DNA of 64,000 nucleotides, taken from assembly GCA_051530055.1 (NCBI GenBank), contig CM121341.1, forward strand, positions 10,332,784 to 10,396,783. The letters are read 5' to 3'. Below are positions 60,490-64,000 of the stretch, piece by piece (position 1 is the stretch's first letter; every line of letters begins with the position of its first letter). The notes below the pieces were generated by a model that worked only from the letters and a program-made list of their open reading frames with translations, ran no database searches and had not been told where the DNA came from. This DNA is from Neoechinorhynchus agilis (taxonomy: Eukaryota > Animalia > Acanthocephala). The translations under genes and the position numbers were made by a program.

Positions 60490-61234
60490 TGTTATTTAGA
60501 AGTCTTCAGTCGGTAAATAATTTTTTATTAGAGACATTCTGCGAACCTCGACGTGAGGACGAAGCGTGACGTTCATAGAAAGTCTCTAATATAAAAATTA
60601 TTTACCGGCTGAATACTTCTAAATAACAAATTTGTTTTGGTTCGGTAGAAGTTGATTCTTTTAAAAGGATTTGACTGTATATTACGCTCATATAAATCCT
60701 TTTTTTGAAATGTCGATATGTAACGAGGTAATGGGGGATTATTGATTAAAATTATTGTTTAGAAGTCTTCATATCCGGTAAATAAGTTTTTGAATTAAAG
60801 ACGTCTTTTAATATTTATCAAACTAATGATAAACGTGACCAAGTTTGCAGAACATCTTTAATACAAAAATACTTTACCGGTTGAAGACTTCTAAATAACA
60901 AATTTGTTTTAGTTCTTGAGAATTTGATCCTTTAAAAAGGATTTGACTATATATTACGCTCATATTAATACTTTTTTTGAAATGTCTATATGTAATGAGG
61001 TAATGGCGGATTATTGATTAAAATTATTGTTTAGAAGTCTTCATATCCGGTAAATTATTTTTTTGAATTAAAAACGTCTTTTAATATTTATCAAACTAAT
61101 GATAAACGTGACCAAGTTCGCCGAACGTCTTTAATACAAAAATACTTTACCGGTTGAAGACTTCTAAATAACAAATTTGTTTTAATTCTTGAGAATTTGA
61201 TCCTTTAAAAAGGATTTGACTATATATTACGCTC
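60490..61234. repeat. About 272-bp tandem repeat (about 2.7 units), each with a 140-150 bp foldback
   Basis: Inverted arms TTATTTAGAAGTCTTCA..CCGGTAAA / TTTACCGG..TGAAGACTTCTAAATAA at 60490-60628, about 60753-60900 and about 61023-61173. Confidence 0.9.
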
Positions 61235-62120
61235 GCCTTATCAGTCTTTGTATGTAAGTTTTTCAGAACTAATGAGCCTAGGTTTCTTCTTTCAAGAGGT
61301 TTCTTAATTCAATAAAATATATCATCCAAGGGAAGTAAGCAACGGACCATTAAAGTACGTCGCTATCGACCTGGAACGGTTGTTGCTCTACAAATTTGTT
61401 TTTTCATCGTCTTGCTGGATTCTCAATAAACACCGAGTAGGCTTTAGGGCTCATTTTATAAAATTAAAAAATCCAATAAAATTGTGGTAATGATAATCTC
61501 CACCTCCCCCGAACCGCGGCTTAAAAGTTATTTTATTAAATTAAGAAATATTTCGAAATAGAGAGGAAACCTCGCCTTACCAGCCATTGTTAGTTTTTAA
61601 GAACTGATGAGCCGAAGTTTCTTCTTTCGAAATATATCTTAACAATAGAATACATTTTAACCGTGATTATCATCACAATAATTTAAGATTTTTTTCAATG
61701 TTTGAAATTCAAAGAAATAATTATGGGAAACTAAAAGTGGATATTCGCACCATGAAGTCCAAGATTTTTGGCATAATTACGAGCATGGAACATTTCCCAA
61801 TTTCTTTTTAAAACCTATGGTTCTTAATTTCGCATATTTTTCCATCCATAATACAATGAGGAATAAAAATTGTTCACAACTGTTTCAAACCCACTTTCCA
61901 CAATTAAGCAAATATTTTGTTTGGTGTTGAGAAAGCAGAGATTAATTTATTTGTCTTAATTTTCTCAACACAAAACAAAATATGTCCATGAACAATTTCT
62001 ATAGAGCGAAGTAAATGCAGAATCGTTAAAGTGGCGATATTTATCAGTAATAATAGATAAAAAATTAATCAAAAGTGTTACAGCAACCCGAGAAGATATC
62101 AGATAACTCAGAATTAAAAC

Positions 62121-62657
62121 CATTTCAAGGCAGATTCCACAGACTTTATCATGAGATACTTGCAAAGCAAAAGCTTCGTTCATTGCCTTTTCGTGTTCAT
62201 CTACGCAAGCTCGGTGATGCTGACTTCGTTGTTTGGGATCCTGAGGATGTAGGCAGAACTTTTGGCAATATTCACATTGGTCTCCATGGACAAATTGACA
62301 TGAAGCATCAGGACATGTTCCACGTTTGGCCATATAAGGACAAAGAGGTAGAATCACATTCGATGCAATGGGTGCTTTGTTCTTCAATGACGGATCAAGC
62401 CTTATTATTTGGCTCAATGGCTTAGCTTCGGGTAAATTCAGAGTATCGTCATCTTCTTTTGGTGGCTCTTTATCCAGCTTCACATGACGATATCGGCATT
62501 TTTTGCCAAATGAACAAGTACCCATTTGGTAATATCGACACACGTCATCGAATTTAGCCGATCGATCATGAGATCGGAAACAGTCTTTACCGAACTTACA
62601 TGCGTTCATGGCAAAATATGGACACGCCAGCTTCTTCAATCGTTCCTTCTCAGCCAT
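62121..62657 (-). CDS. MKRN: Makorin-family protein, 5' coding exon
   Basis: Two N-terminal CCCH fingers, a third CCCH, the Makorin Cys-His motif (CEYC..HP.D..QRSQHHRAC) and RING start KVCGICLEM, followed by a possible GT donor at 62120; the remaining exons were not found. Confidence 0.8.
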
Positions 62658-63714
62658 CTGCAACGCGAAATAGATAACACGAAAACCCCGATAAAAAACC
62701 TGTTAAAACACACTTCAATCATCATGAATTACATGGTGTTTTGGTGGATTCTTCCCATAAGGTGCGAAATTTTATACGAATACATTGCCTCGTACAATGA
62801 CGTACGACTCCAGGGAAGAATTCCGGTTAATTGGCACATCCGTGATTTTGGTACGTCGTCTTGAAGCTGTATTACTTCGTTGTCACAAATAGCCGAAATC
62901 AATGGTCGAAAGTAAGATATCGTGAAGATGCAGAATCAAATGAATCCAGACTTGCATTATCTTTATTCGTACTGAAAATAAGTTAGTCTTTTGTTGATAT
63001 GTAACGAGGTACCGGGATATACGATTAGTCTTCACTCGATAAAGAGTTTCTCGTTAAAGACGTTCTGCGGATCTCGCAGTGCTCAGCGCTTTTTTGGGGA
63101 ACAATAAACTCGGCTACATACAATACTAAAAGTATTTTCGTTTAGCAATTAACGATTCTTAAACCATCCGAATTAACTAAGGCTGCCATCAAGATTAGAA
63201 GTTCTCTTTAAATCTTCACCCGTAAAGAATTTCTTGTTAGAGACGATCTGCGAACCTCGTAGTGTTTATCAGCAATTTGCTAGTTATTAAAAGATGCGAT
63301 GATAAACCTGATGAGGTTCGCCAATCAAAACACCTATCAACCCTTGAACCACAATTTCTACCATATATCGCTCCCTTTATACACGAGCACAACACTCGTA
63401 ATCCTAATTCGTTTCATGCCCAATCTTCTCGGATATCAGAACTTGAAATGAACCAAAGGAAAGAAAAACCTAACAAGCGGTCCTGTAAACAATAAACACC
63501 AATTCCCACCAGAACGGACCTTCCAACCCGACAGGATATTCTCGAACGAACGGACACATCCTCACCTGAACGAACCTCCTCCGACTGGATAGTCCCACCG
63601 GAATGTGCATCCCTCTAACCAGATATTACCTTCCGAACGGACATAAGCGCTTTGAGTTCTTTTGAAAGATTAGAGAGAGGTGTTTTTCTAAAGGCGTGAA
63701 TTTGGAGGAGCAGA

Positions 63715-63948
63715 TTAGAGCGCACCTCTTGTGAAATGTATTAAGTTTTTTGAATAGTTTAGAAGAAAAATTGCAGAAGGTTGGATATGCGTGAATGATA
63801 ATCCAAGGAATCGAATACGTTTAAGAAGATAGAGTTTAATAGACTCTTTTTGCAGCAAAATTAATATGTGCTTATCCCATTTTAGATTTTCTTGAAAATG
63901 AAGATCAAATATATGAACAGAGGAGACACGATTGATATCAGCATACAA
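63715..63948 (-). mobile_element. LINE post-RT fragment
   Basis: FDLHFQENLKWDKHI..LYLLKRIR pattern, as in the L2-type copies. Confidence 0.6.
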
Positions 63949-64000
63949 AAAGTATTTGGAAAAAAAGGATGGAATAAGATTAAATTGTAATCTATTGTTA

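Noticed and set aside
61595-61645. Hammerhead CTGATGA..CGAAATATATC
   Set aside because: Core is present but helices I and II pair poorly or out of register; probably another decayed pLTR.

Overview
AT-rich eukaryotic DNA, most likely an invertebrate with short (about 45-65 nt) introns; standard genetic code. About two thirds is decayed retroelement sequence: two gag/endonuclease/RT LINE families, a CT-rich L2/CR1-type LINE family, CRE-type RLE elements, Penelope-like elements (PLEs), a Gypsy remnant and two tRNA-derived SINE families. The left half is a roughly 16 kb tandem duplication (2226-18554 / 18553-32458). Host genes: a signal-peptide LRR protein (2 copies), a divergent homeobox gene (3 copies), a forkhead-domain-only gene split by a 47-nt intron (one intact copy, one with a nonsense mutation), a chromodomain-only protein, an intronless USP deubiquitinase, a divergent intronless beta-tubulin, a tentative multi-exon TPR gene and a Makorin 5' exon. 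The strongest signals are (1) a tRNA-derived SINE (14957-15150, minus) with a complete hammerhead ribozyme core whose three strands are in a non-circularly permuted order, (2) a 2.4 kb homeobox-carrying segment (35338-37764) that is an exact circular permutation of 3600-6012, as expected for re-integration of a DNA circle, and (3) several regulatory-domain genes with normally invariant contact residues replaced. All comparisons were made by eye; no database searches or folding programs were run, and element boundaries are approximate unless a TSD or junction is quoted.
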